Positions 1 through 10,911 of a DNA stretch of 47,838 nt are shown here, piece by piece. Source of the stretch: Klebsormidium nitens (taxonomy: Eukaryota; Plantae; Klebsormidiophyceae); NCBI GenBank assembly GCA_000708835.1, contig DF237592.1:1-47838 (forward strand), written 5' to 3'. Under the pieces are notes generated by a model, which was not told the origin of the DNA, searched no databases, and saw only the letters and a program-made list of their open reading frames with translations. Made by a program: the position numbers and the translations under genes. Position 1 is the first letter of the stretch, and each line of letters starts with the position of its first letter.

Positions 1-91
1 AAAGGTGTAACCTTTACACCACCTTCTCTTCGAGAAGTATATCACCAGGCGCCTTCGCGCCTCTCCCATGCTCACCAGGAGTAAGAACGTT

Positions 92-754
92 TCAGCCTGG
101 TCGGATCCTCTCCCGACCACCATTCGCTTTCATCTTCTCCATCTTGCCCTTCTCTTTCTCCAGAGATTTAGAAACCTCCTCCAGCTCCTCAATCTTCATC
201 TCCAACTGCTCAGTCAACTCTTCCCTTTCCCGCTTGGCTGCCGCAGCCCATTCCTTCTCCTTCCCCGCCAGGAGATCAACAGTCTGCTGTGTACTGCAGG
301 CCAGCTGGGCTTGCCACTTCTCAACCTCCGCTCGGAATGCTCGCTCCTTTTCCTCTGCGAACTGCAGCATGGCGTCGGCGTGCTTAGCCACCTGATCTTC
401 CGCAGCTTGCAACCGACCTCCTGTCAAGAGTTGTTCGCCTAGGGCTGCGTTGACAGCAGCCGCTGCCTCCTGCCGGACCCGCTCTATCTCCAGCTGCAAG
501 AGGGCCTGTTTGGAGGCCAGCTCCTGTTGGGCAGCTGCTTTTTCTAGTGCTGACGCATTCTGGGCCTGCATTTGCAGGGCCACAATGTAACCCAGCAGCC
601 CGTCCATGCCATCTCCCAGCCATTTGATGTAGCTCACAAGGTTGTGGACTGGAGGCAGGAGGCCAGTCACTGGATGAGGAGGAAAAAGTTGGGGGTTGAG
701 AAATAGATCAATGTGCCTTTTTCCCTTTTTCCGCATTGCCGCTTTTTCGTCCAT
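92..754 (-). CDS. Hypothetical coiled-coil protein (220 aa ORF; gene boundaries uncertain)
   Basis: Intronless ORF with an A/E/Q/K-rich, helix-like C-terminal two thirds (EKAAAQQELASKQALLQLEIERVRQE...EELTEQLEMKIEELEE). No family recognised. Confidence 0.4.
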   Translation of the reverse strand: MDEKAAMRKKGKRHIDLFLNPQLFPPHPVTGLLPPVHNLVSYIKWLGDGMDGLLGYIVALQMQAQNASALEKAAAQQELASKQALLQLEIERVRQEAAAAVNAALGEQLLTGGRLQAAEDQVAKHADAMLQFAEEKERAFRAEVEKWQAQLACSTQQTVDLLAGKEKEWAAAAKREREELTEQLEMKIEELEEVSKSLEKEKGKMEKMKANGGRERIRPG

Positions 755-2919
755 GGAGACTCAGGCTTTGGCCTCTCCTTTCCAGAGGCGCATACTCCAG
801 TGGAACGTTGAGGAAAATAGGATGGGTCCTGTCGTGCTGCTTAACTTTTGTGACACTGATGCGAGCACTAGTTACAAAACCACCACTAGCATTGGGACAC
901 AACCCACCAAGGGGTGTTCTCAAGGTGCCTGCCATCTTAGATTTTGATAGACTACATGGCAGGAGAGGCGTTCCAGAAAGATACTGCGGCTGCCAGTAAT
1001 ATGCAATCTACAGTGAGCAGAAGTTGGAGTTCACAGATTTCTGTAGTGCGCAATCGTTGCTCGTAAGGTGGCAGCTCTCTCGTAAATAAAGTGTGTGGAC
1101 AGTGGTAAGCAGAAACTGGCAGCAGAAATAGTCCGAGGATGATGCCAGCGACTAAAGTAACCAGCTGCATATATGAAATACTTAAATCTGGTTTACCCAT
1201 AGGCGCTTGACCCTTCATCTTCTCAATTCAGAGGTTTGAATTTTGAAATTCGAAAAAGCCACGTGACCGTAACCTCCTACTGACAGCTCAGCTCGCCGAT
1301 TTGCGCAATCGACGGCGAAACAGAACAGCAGACAGCAAGCTCACCTAGCAGAAATGCTTAGTGCGCTCTCCAACTCTTCAGGCCCCACTGCAACATGCAT
1401 GCCGTTCAATCCGTGACTGATGAAAGTCACTGAAGGCCTCTGAAGGCCTCTGATGAATCTTGTAGCCAGCAAAAGCTGTCTCGGACCTGCAGCAAATGGG
1501 ACACCGCAATGGTAGAGTCATCGCTTCCATGGTGTCCAAATAGCTCCTCCGTTGAACTTGGAACTCAGTGAACTTGAACTTGAAGAGGTGAATTCAGCTT
1601 CTTCTTCACTCTCTTGAGTGGTGTTGTAGCCCGTACACAGAATTTGCAGTGCTATGGGCAACATAGGCCTTCGCAATACACGATCTGTAGCAAAACTGCC
1701 CTGGAGCCTGGGTACCTACGCGCGAACAAGGCCCCAGCAGGCCTGCAAAACACCAGGGTAGATTGAACTCACTGTATGACTGATGGGTGAGCAATGTATG
1801 CCAACGTGGCACCAATTATAGCGGCAACACGTGTGAAAGATTTGAAATATCGTTCGCACGCTGCCTCTCGTGTGATACGGTTGCAACGTGGCTGGTGCAG
1901 AAAGGTCCTGGAGTTCCGTACTCTCAAGCCTGCTCTTTACTTCCGGGGTGTGCTGACATCACCGGTTACGCGGTCGCGCCAGCCAATTTGCCTGGGCGCG
2001 CCGCGCGGCCGCCGACGGGTTACCCGGCCTAGGCTAAATCCCGAATTTTCGCTAATGAAAACGCCCAGAAATGCATGTTTTGGCCACGTCATGGCAGGCA
2101 TTTAGAGCTATTGATTTTTGCCGACTAAGGCTTTGCGGCTTCCTTTCGATGTATCCTTTCATGTGCAAAAGACGGATCTCAAAAAGATGGAGCGAAGCAT
2201 GAGATATGCATGAAGACGTCAAAGACGTCTTCATGATCATCGTCCCACGGCATTGGGGTTTTGAAATCGTCGAATTAGGCAAGTTCGACCTTAACTAACA
2301 TGCATGACGTTACTTAATTGCCACCGTCTGCATGACACGGCCGGCCGCTCAGTGCTGTGCAGCTCTGCTGTCCGACTATAGGCACATGCAACCATGTGCC
2401 AAATTGCTGCCTCGACATATATTCCGTTCGTCGAATCGATGGATATTATTGCATGCATGGTCCGTTCATGGTGCAGGTATATAGTGAGCGTTGGAAATCC
2501 AATTGCACGCACATGCATACGTACAAGCCATGGCACTTGCCAGGCATTGCGATCTAATTGCGCATGCCATAATTGCCGCGGCACAATTATCTCATGCATA
2601 TCGGAGCTTGCATCAATTGTACTGGTCTGCAACAGTTTCATGTAAGCGCTAGCTAATTAAACGTGATGCATGTGCCACGACAAAAATTGCAGAACTTGAT
2701 CCGACATACAATGAATCACCATCATTTGCCATTTTGCAAAACTGCTCTTGTAGATTTTGTGACCACTACTTTGAATCAAGGCATCAAACATCTTAAGTGA
2801 TTCAAGAACACAAGATGATGGTTGCACAAAAGTATAAATGGGTCGTTTGAAGAACTTTGGAAAAAAAGGCAAGACCAGTGTCAAAGTGCTTTCACAGGTT
2901 TGAGCATCTGAAAGAGTGA

Positions 2920-3420
2920 CGATCTTATGGAAACTTTTCGAACGAGATGTGGCGGCTCGCACCATGCGTTCCAAAGTTGTCCCCGCCTGGACAGTCCTGT
3001 CTCGCTAAACATTCAGCTCCAAACCACACGTAACGTATGAGCCTCATCTGGACGTCAGCAGACCATTCATTCCCACTCATTTTTCCTTCTGTCAATAGTC
3101 TGTACAAAGGTAACAGCTACTAGATGCTACAAAACTGACCGCCCGTGTCCGCTAATGCGTCTATGTTAGCTTTCCCTTCTTCAGAGAATCAGCGGCGTCA
3201 GTTCGTAGCCTAACGGGTCCCCTCTACTGACCTCTGAGAAGCTTGCGATCCTTTGATTGTGGCCGCTGTCGAAAAGAAAAGCGAGGATTCGTTTACAGAA
3301 TACATCAGCTTTCAAACAACAAGGCGATGCCACAGAAGGTAAATGCTGCTGCAAATGTTAGGGTTCATGACCAGCGTAAGGTTTCAAAGCTGCAATCATG
3401 CTGCCAACCAAGGCATGTGG
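2920..3420. repeat. Paralogous 3' region (last intron, terminal exon, 3' UTR), homologous to ~11780-12310
   Basis: Shared blocks include cctcatctggacgtcagcagacc, gtcccctctactga, gagaagcttgc and atgctgccaacca in the same order in both places. Confidence 0.8.
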
Positions 3421-3477
3421 CATATGAATTAGCACGCACATCTTAGACGAGCCGTTCCATATCGTAAGAGATCAAAG

Positions 3478-4686
3478 TCAGGCAGACTGCACAGAGCTTG
3501 TCGCCGGAACGGCACCTGTCAAGTACCTTTTTTGGCACAGAATAAAGGATCTGGATGCAAAAAGAACGCAGAATTTCTTCGAAGTGATTCTCACCGAGCT
3601 GCGCTCGGTCAGTGGTCGCCCCATTCGCGCCCGCCCCGCTCAAGCCCGGGATGCTCGCTTGCACCGCCCGGTTGTTGGCCTGGCTGCCGTTGGCGCGCTT
3701 AACACCCGCCTGATTGGCCGCTGTAGGAAAGGAAGCCAGAAGAAATTGCTGAGGCCGTTGTCAAAGCATCAAACCCGTTCCTAGCTCTTGCTTTCACCGG
3801 AAACGGTTGGCAATAAAGGTAAACCGTATGGGACCAAGAGGATGGAACCGGGATGGAAACATGCACGAAAAAAAAGGAGAGGGGTGACTGAGAACGGCCG
3901 CCGAAGTGGAGCACAATAATTACTCGCGAAGGAAATTGAAACTTAAAAACGGCAAGGAGCACTCAATTCAGGCAGACTGCACAGAGCTTGTCGCCGGAAT
4001 GGCACCTGTCAAGTACCATTTTTGGCACAGAATTTAAAGGATCTGGATGCAAAAAGAACGCAGAAATTTCTTCGAAGTGGTTCTCACCGAGCTGCGCTCG
4101 GTCAGTGGTCGCCCCATTCGCGCCCTTGGTCGCCCCGCTCGAGCCCGGGATGCTCGCTTGCACCGCCCGGTTGTTGGCCTGGCTGCCGTTGGCGCGCTTA
4201 ACACCCGCCCGATCCGCCGCTGTAGGAAAGCAAGCCAGAAGACTTTGCTGAGGCCGTTGTCAAAGCATCAAACCCGTTCCTAGCTCTTGCTTTCACCGGA
4301 AACGGTTGGCAAAAAAGGTAAACCGTATGGGACCAAGAGGATGGAACCGGGATGGAAAAATGCACGGAAAAAAAGGAGAGGGGTGACTGAGAACGGCCGC
4401 CGAATTGGAGCACAATATTTACTCGCGAAGAAAATTGAAACTTAAGAACGGCAAGGAGCACTCAATTCAGGCAGACTGCACAGAGCTTGTCGCCGGAACG
4501 GCACCTGTCAAGTACCATTTTTGGCACAGAATCTAAAGGATCTGGATGCAAAAAGAAGGCAGAAATTTCTTCGAAGTGGTTCTCACCGAGCTGCGCTCGG
4601 TCAGTGGTCGCCCCATTCGCGCCCTTGGTCGCCCCGCTCGAGCCCGGGGTGCTCGCTTGCACCGCCCGGTTGTTGGCCAGGCTGCC
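3478..4686. repeat. Near-identical tandem repeat of an exon+intron unit (~490-499 bp, about 2.4 copies)
   Basis: Units start with tcaggcagactgcacagagc at 3478, 3968 and 4467. The ORF track shows duplicated ORFs offset by 499 (3699/4198, 3963/4462). Confidence 0.92.
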
Positions 4687-5870
4687 CCGGACGCCCTTGC
4701 TCGCCTGGTTGAGCGCTGCACATACGGAAGCAAGGCCACATCACGGCTGTGTGATCCAGGCCATTAGTTGATCCACTTTCCACCGGACGAAAGCAACGGA
4801 AAAGAGCGATAAGCCAACAGACAATGAGATCTCAAAGAAGAACCGAAAGCCAAAGGCACTACAGCAACCGCAGGTGTACATTTGGGGAAACGTCCTTCGA
4901 CATCTAGCTGTTACTGACAGGGCCTGCATGAAACCGTGCAGGAGGTTTGGGCCCAGTAGACGGATCCGATCCGTTATTTCGGCCACGACTCTCACCTGTT
5001 GCGGCCAGCAGAATGGCGGCGTTCTTGGCTGCCTGGACGGAGGTCGCCTCCACGTGGTTGTTGTTCGGGTTCACGGCTGCTCAGGCACAGCAGGACGCGA
5101 CAAGATAACCATCAGCACATGGCGCCTGGAAACCCGATTCAGTCGGGAGAAAGCACCACGGATCTCGATGAAGTGAAAGAGCTAGGGAGGCTCCCAAGTT
5201 CTCCGATTGTTTTTTTCGCTTGACGGCACAAAGAGGAGTTTCCTCATGTACTGACCGACCAGCATCACGAACCCGCAAAGAAAAGTATGGATCAATGCTT
5301 CAGCATGTCCACCATGTATGCTTAGTTGTTGCGGATTCTTGTCAGCAACTGTTGTCGAACGGGAAGCAATGGACGAAGACAGCCGGTGGAGAATCTCAGT
5401 CTCGACACCTCTCACCCATCTACGCTTGCTTGATGGTCGGCCCCTCTGCGCCCTGGATGCTAGCCTGCTCCTCCTGGTGCTTGGGCTGGCTGCCCCGGAC
5501 GCCCTTGCCCGCCTGGTTGAGCGCTGCACGCACGGAAGCAAGGCCACATCAAGGCTGTGCGATCCAGGCCATACGATAATCCACTTTCCACCGAACGAAA
5601 GCAAATGGAAAAGAGCGATAAGCCAACAAACAATGTGTTCTTAAGGAAGAACCAAAAGCCAAATGCAGTACAGCAAACGCAGGTATACATTTGGGGAAAC
5701 GTCCTTCGGCATCTAGCTGTTGCTGACAGGGCCTGCATGAAACCGTGCAGGAGGTTTGGGCCCAGTAGACGGATCCGATCCGTTATTTCGGCCACGACTC
5801 TCACCTGCCGAGGCCTGCAGAATGGCGGCGTTCTTGGCTGCCTGGATGGAAGCAGACTCTCCCTGGCCAT
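4680..5870. repeat. Direct duplication of a two-exon unit (offset ~808 bp)
   Basis: Sequence from 4680 to ~5060 matches 5488 to ~5870, including the intron (cggaagcaaggccacatc...ggatccgatccgttatttcggccacgactctcac). Confidence 0.85.
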
Positions 5871-6605
5871 TCAACTGGTCTTTTTTTTTGGATCATCGGC
5901 TGCACAACAGGGCGCGATTTCGAGACGTTTGCATCGGCGCGTGCAAATTTGCAAACCTTTTCGAAAACGCACAGGACGAATGCCATAAAGCTACGAGAGT
6001 ACAGTCAGTAACCAAGCTATAAGAGTACAGTCAGTAACCTACAAAGAATCTACAGGTATGCAGCAAGATAATTTCTGCTTGCAGACAACATAGCACGAGA
6101 ACTCCTGAGCAGGATTTTATCAGTGAGAGGCGGGATTTGAAAATGAATCAAGAAACTCTCTTTGTATCAAAACGTTCTTCGCTCCGTGCATGGATCGCTA
6201 TTTCGTTTTGAGACCCGGAGACATTGTAAGGAAACGGACGAAAGACAGCCAGGTGAGCCTCCTATGCTGGTTTATCCTTACCGAGCTTTGCTTGGTCAAT
6301 GTTCGCTTCCTGGATGCCCGCTCGCTCCTGGGGGTTGGTCTGGCTGCCCCGGACGCCGTTGCCGGCCTCGTTGAGCGCTGCACAGACGGAGGGGAGCACA
6401 GATCAGCTGCTTGGCATGTACAGAACTTCATGTCGTCATGATTCAGGTGTGTACATTTGGTCAGTCCGACAGGACCGGAAAGAAGAGGGAGTGCTTTGGC
6501 AAGCAGGCAACGAGATTTCAATGGTGAAAAAAAAGGCTTCAAGCATTCTGCCGAAGCAAAGAGAATTCTCTTGTGACCTCCTAAAAGCAAATTACGACGG
6601 ACGAG

Positions 6606-8078
6606 TTAGGGTTCCAATAAGGTGATTGGGCAAGAAAGTTGAAGGCAACCTTCTGGGGCTGCCTGCAGGTTGGAGCCTTCCAAGACGCCAAAAGACGAGG
6701 GATCCTGGAGCAGAGGCAGCTCCCAAACTCGTGCTGCACAAAAAACACGTTATGTCAGTACACATATAGCACAAAGCATTCACCGCTTCCAGAGTAAATG
6801 CCAACAGAAGATTGAAGTACACAAACTAAAACAATTGCACAACTAGGACCATTTTGGAGAATAGCAGCAGCAATGATGCAGATACAGATAGATACCCAAG
6901 GCTCCTGAAGGCCAAACAAAAAGTAAACACAGAGTTGTTGGGACACGCAGGATGAGCAAAGCAACTCACGCATATTGGGGACAAAGCAGATGTACTTCAC
7001 AGCGCAGCCACCACCCGCCCTGTTGATCATGTCATCTAACTTTTCCTTCGTCCCTTTTCCTTGCAGCAATGCAAAAAAGGCCCTGTCCCCGGTGACGAAT
7101 ACACGGTGCTTCTTCACCAGTTCCGGTACATGTTCGCACGCAGTCAGGAAGGTTTGTAGAGAGGACATAAGCTGCACACGAAGGCCGCACGTTGCATAGA
7201 GGTATTGATGGACTGAATTGGAATCTAGACAGGTCCAACAGTGGCTGAACCGATGTTGCAAGAGCTTGCTCTGCAGCGCTCTTTATAATTGCCAGTCTTA
7301 TATCCCATCTCATTTTGGAAAAGCTTGGAACACTTCCAGGCAGTTTATCCAACTCAGCAGACATTATCCACGAATCCAGGTCTCTGACCTGGGGTCCTGT
7401 GGGGAGGCTATTGATCTCCTTGATCAGCTCCTCATCCCGTGAGACGATTCCGGGAGCTGGCCAGCACTTTAGCCGGGTTTTCACGCTGGAGTAGGCCGCA
7501 TAGGTCTGATGATCTTGGTACAACTGACCGGCTGCACTGTCTGGAGCGGCGCTGGAGAAAGAAACAAGTCCAAGTGAGCTGGAACCTGAAAGCTTGGCAA
7601 AGGATGACGAGAAACACACGAGGTTGAAGCTGTGACAATTGGATGTGCAGAGTCAGCAATATACATTCGTTTGAACCTCTTTTGTGTCTGTATTAAGAAG
7701 CAGTGTGGAGACTTACTTCTGCATGAAGTCTACAGCCGCAGCATCGCACACAAAGTGCACCTTGGGGATTTTGGCACGCCTCTCAGGTGGCAGCTCACTG
7801 CATGCAGAAAAAATCCATCAGATTTCTTTAAAAGCACGCGGTTCAACTGTAATAGCAGATAACCCCACTCCAGTCAGGCAACCTTACTTGCTCAAAGAAC
7901 TCTATGCAGAGAGCAAGGCACCGGCAGAGAATCATAGATGCTCACAAAAGCAACAATAAAGTGAACTCCCTAAGAGACAAAAAGCTTACCCTTCTTCCTG
8001 CTTCCTTTTTAATGCGCGAGTAACGAAGACAACCTGCTCTGCACGCCTCGTTTCGAACCAAGAACTGTGCTCCATCAT
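6606..8078 (-). CDS. Divergent PIN-like domain protein (~266 aa)
   Basis: Frame-consistent model: exons 8078-7990, 7797-7717, 7551-7251, 7171-6970, 6733-6606. PIN-like motifs: VHFVCDAAAV, MRWDIRLAI, RVFVTGDRAFF. The donor at 7250 (GTTCAG) is weak and the family call rests on motif resemblance only. Confidence 0.42.
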
Positions 8079-8261
8079 GTTTGTAGTCTGCAGAGGTCAG
8101 ACCAAATGGGGGTCAGCTTCACCGCAGAGTGCTCTGGCAAAAAAAGAGATGTATGGTGGCAATAAAACTTGCACCTTATGGAATGAAACCTTTGACATTG
8201 TTAAGAGGTAATCAAGCCTTCATTTGAGGACCATGGGGTGGCATTTTGTATGCTGCCTAAC

Positions 8262-9042
8262 TCAGTAGGGCAGATGCAGATCCCAGGGGGTCACAATGTC
8301 CATGGTGTCTAAACCATGCTGTCCAAAGACTTCTTCCATCTGCTCTCGAACTTGGAAGTCGTTCAATGCGAGTCTTTCAAAGCCCCGATCAGCCGTGAAG
8401 AATAGGGGAACCAACTCCAGGATTGGAATTGCTACTTGTGAAGATTGACACCTCAGGTGCAAGCACGCCTCTACATAAATCTTTAGATCCTTCAGATCTG
8501 TCCCCTGCAGTAGGCGGATGAGGAGGGGGAAGGTCAGTCAGGCTGCAAGGTCTATGCTCCTTAGGTTGCTCAAAATGGAGCACCAATGCATAGAAATTTT
8601 TCTCTGAAGTCATGCAGCTGCGAATTTGTGTAAACTGCGCCAAAAGGCAATTAAGAAGTTCAATCCTTACCCAATCCTCAAAATTCTCTTCGACAGCGTC
8701 AACCTTGGCAAAAAGGTCTTCCACAACAGAATCCACCACTTGCTCGTCGTATCCCTCCACAGCAGGGATGAAGTCGTCCGGAATCCCCCAGGGAAATCCT
8801 GGTGTCCTTGAGAACTCCCAGACAACTGTGGGAGGGATAAAGACTTGGAGACGGTCTGCAGCTCTCCAGGCAAATTCTTGCAAGATTTGGCGGTTTCCTC
8901 TTTCTGTCAAGACTTTTGAAACCACGTTTGTGTCCAAGTATAGGCGCTGGTTGTCGGGACCAATCTCCTCAGTGTCTACAAAGCAATCCCCTGCAGCGTC
9001 AAAGCTGACGAAAGGCCTGACAAAACTGCCGGGGTTCGACAT
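8262..9042 (-). CDS. PIN-domain (VapC-like) putative ribonuclease (~204 aa; possible N-terminal extension to ~9333)
   Basis: Exons 9042-8671 and 8504-8262 (GTAAGG...CTGCAG intron, phase 0). All four PIN acidic motifs in order: LYLDTNVV, VFIPPTVVWE, TDLKDLKIYVEA, LFFTADRGF. Confidence 0.72.
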
Positions 9043-9437
9043 TTTGCATCCGCCATTGGCAACAACTTGAACGGTGACCCTAGAAGCGCTATGAGTCTGA
9101 CTTGAGAGGTGCTTGAGAGCTCCCCTTGTTGGGTGGGTTTTTGGGTCAGGTTTCAAGAGTACAAACCTTTGGCACGTCCGCCAGAAACACACGAAAAGAT
9201 TCTTAGAATACCGGTAGTATGAGGCGGCAGGGTTTCTTGGGTCACAGGAGAGGATTCTAGGCCAATAGTCGGAGGTTTGAGCTAACCTTTTGGTAATGTT
9301 GATCAGGCTACAGGGATCAGCTGCAGCCTGCACTTGTGTGTTTTCCGGCCCCGAAGCTCAACGGAGCTGAACTGATGTTTTGCTTCATGAGGGTCGTGCT
9401 TGAGATTCTGGAGCACTAGAATCTTTGGCGTCAAAAT

Positions 9438-10911
9438 ATGGCACTTCCACTACTTCCAAGAGCTACTCTTCTACTCGTCATCCTCTCAAGCACAGCACTT
9501 TGTTTCCATTCTGCTGATCTAGGAGAAAGTTGGACAGATGGAACCAGGGATGAAGATGAAGGTCGTTGGCGAAGTGATGACAGGACAATCCGACCAGCTC
9601 TTAAGGGGCGGAGGCTAGCACAGGATAGTTGGATAGACCCCTTCCAAGAGCGGCTTCCAGGGCAGGGCGATTCAAATAGTCTTTTCAGACGTTGGTTTGG
9701 AAATAAGGCAACATCCAAGGTGAGACCCCCTAGACATGAATGGTTTTTGAAAGATGGCAAATCCCTTCAAAGCTACATGAATTGTCCTGGGTCGTACATT
9801 TCAAATATACCGGTTGCGCCGACTTCAAGCCCTGGGCATGCCTCTGACATTCACCTTTCACTGTCAGAGCAACGTTGTGAGAAGGCACATGTATCTGATC
9901 AGAAGCATCTTCTGAGGATTTCATGTTGATTGCCTGACGCTTTCGAAACTTCTATGAATTTGGGGGTTCTCTTCCAAGGCCTGATTTCAGCTTGTCCAGT
10001 TCTTGACAGTCCAAATGTCCACTGAATCTTTGCTACTGTTTCTATTCCTAACGACAGAGAAAGCAGGCTTTTTAATATTTTGCATTTTGAGAACCAGATG
10101 GAGTCTGTGGGGTTTGAGAGACGCGCTAGTGACCCTGAAAGTCTGGCCGACAGCATCACTGTTTGTATTGGTTCCCATCCCCCGTCCCAAAAAATCTGGT
10201 TCTCAAACATGGATCCTAGTTCCTACGAAAGCAAGAATTACAAAAATCATCGCCACCGCTCCCTCTTCAGAAACATCTCAGAAGAGCATGTTGCAGGTTG
10301 CGCTGGCTGTGGAGGAGGGGCGCAAGCGGTTGGAAGTTGTGAGCGCAGCCATGGCCAAGCGGGCCAAGGCGCTCGGTCAAGACCCTCTGTATTCACCGGA
10401 AGACAAGGTTGTCAGCAAAGCTGCGGCGCAGCTAGCGGCAAAACTCGCGACGGCAGGCGAAGAGGGGGCGTCCCGGGGGGGGAGGTTTGCAGACAGAGAG
10501 TTAGAGGGGAAAGGGAGCGGAGGGAAGAGGCTGAGTCCGCTGGACTTGGCCAAACAGAAAATCAAGAAGGACAAAGAGGACATGTATGTAGAAGGGGTGC
10601 TGGAAGCGGGGAACAATGAGGGCGAGAGGGACTTTATAATCGTTGAGGATCCGGCGTGGGAGGAGGGCATCGTAAACGAATTTGTGCGGCAGTATGTGAA
10701 GGAGCTGCAAGGGGACTACGAGGGTTTGGATGATACGATGCACTTTCAGATTGATCGGGTGGAGTCGCAGATCCGGGAATATGCGCGGGCGCAGGCAGAT
10801 GCGGTGTGGAAGGCGTGGGAGGACGTGGTAGACAATGAAAAACGGAAAGTGGGCCTAAGGGACAGCACCACGTCAGCTGGCCAGCTTCTTGATACGCAAC
10901 GATCCGATTGA
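9438..10911 (+). CDS. Secreted hypothetical protein (~298 aa)
   Basis: Exon 9438-9719 (AAG|GTGAG) joins in phase 0 to exon 10297-10911 (TTGCAG|GTT). N-terminal signal-peptide-like segment MALPLLPRATLLLVILSSTALC, a KGRRLAQ motif, and a charged helical C-terminus. Confidence 0.65.

Larger units (their letters stand above)
3210..6377 (-). pseudogene. Decayed, 5'-truncated paralog of the exon-repeat secreted protein gene
   Basis: Phase-1 exons with AG/GT ends at 6282-6377, 5805-5899, 5416-5523, 4996-5076, 4587-4715, 4088-4219, 3595-3720, plus terminal exon 3210-3265. Exon 5805-5899 is 95 nt (+2 frameshift at a poly-A run). Exon 5416-5523 has an in-frame TAG (CAA GCG TAG). The terminal exon has a 2-nt deletion that removes RKLL. 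No signal-peptide exon or RRLQ exon was found. Confidence 0.75.

Noticed and set aside
5988-6039. 26-bp tandem duplication (similar short doublets near 1434-1453, 27823-27860 and 47256-47297)
   Set aside because: Two-copy local slippage events with no sign of function.
3443-6625. Many 60-143 aa ORFs on both strands as separate genes
   Set aside because: They are exon-plus-intron read-throughs or antisense shadows of GC-rich repeat exons, duplicated along with the tandem units.
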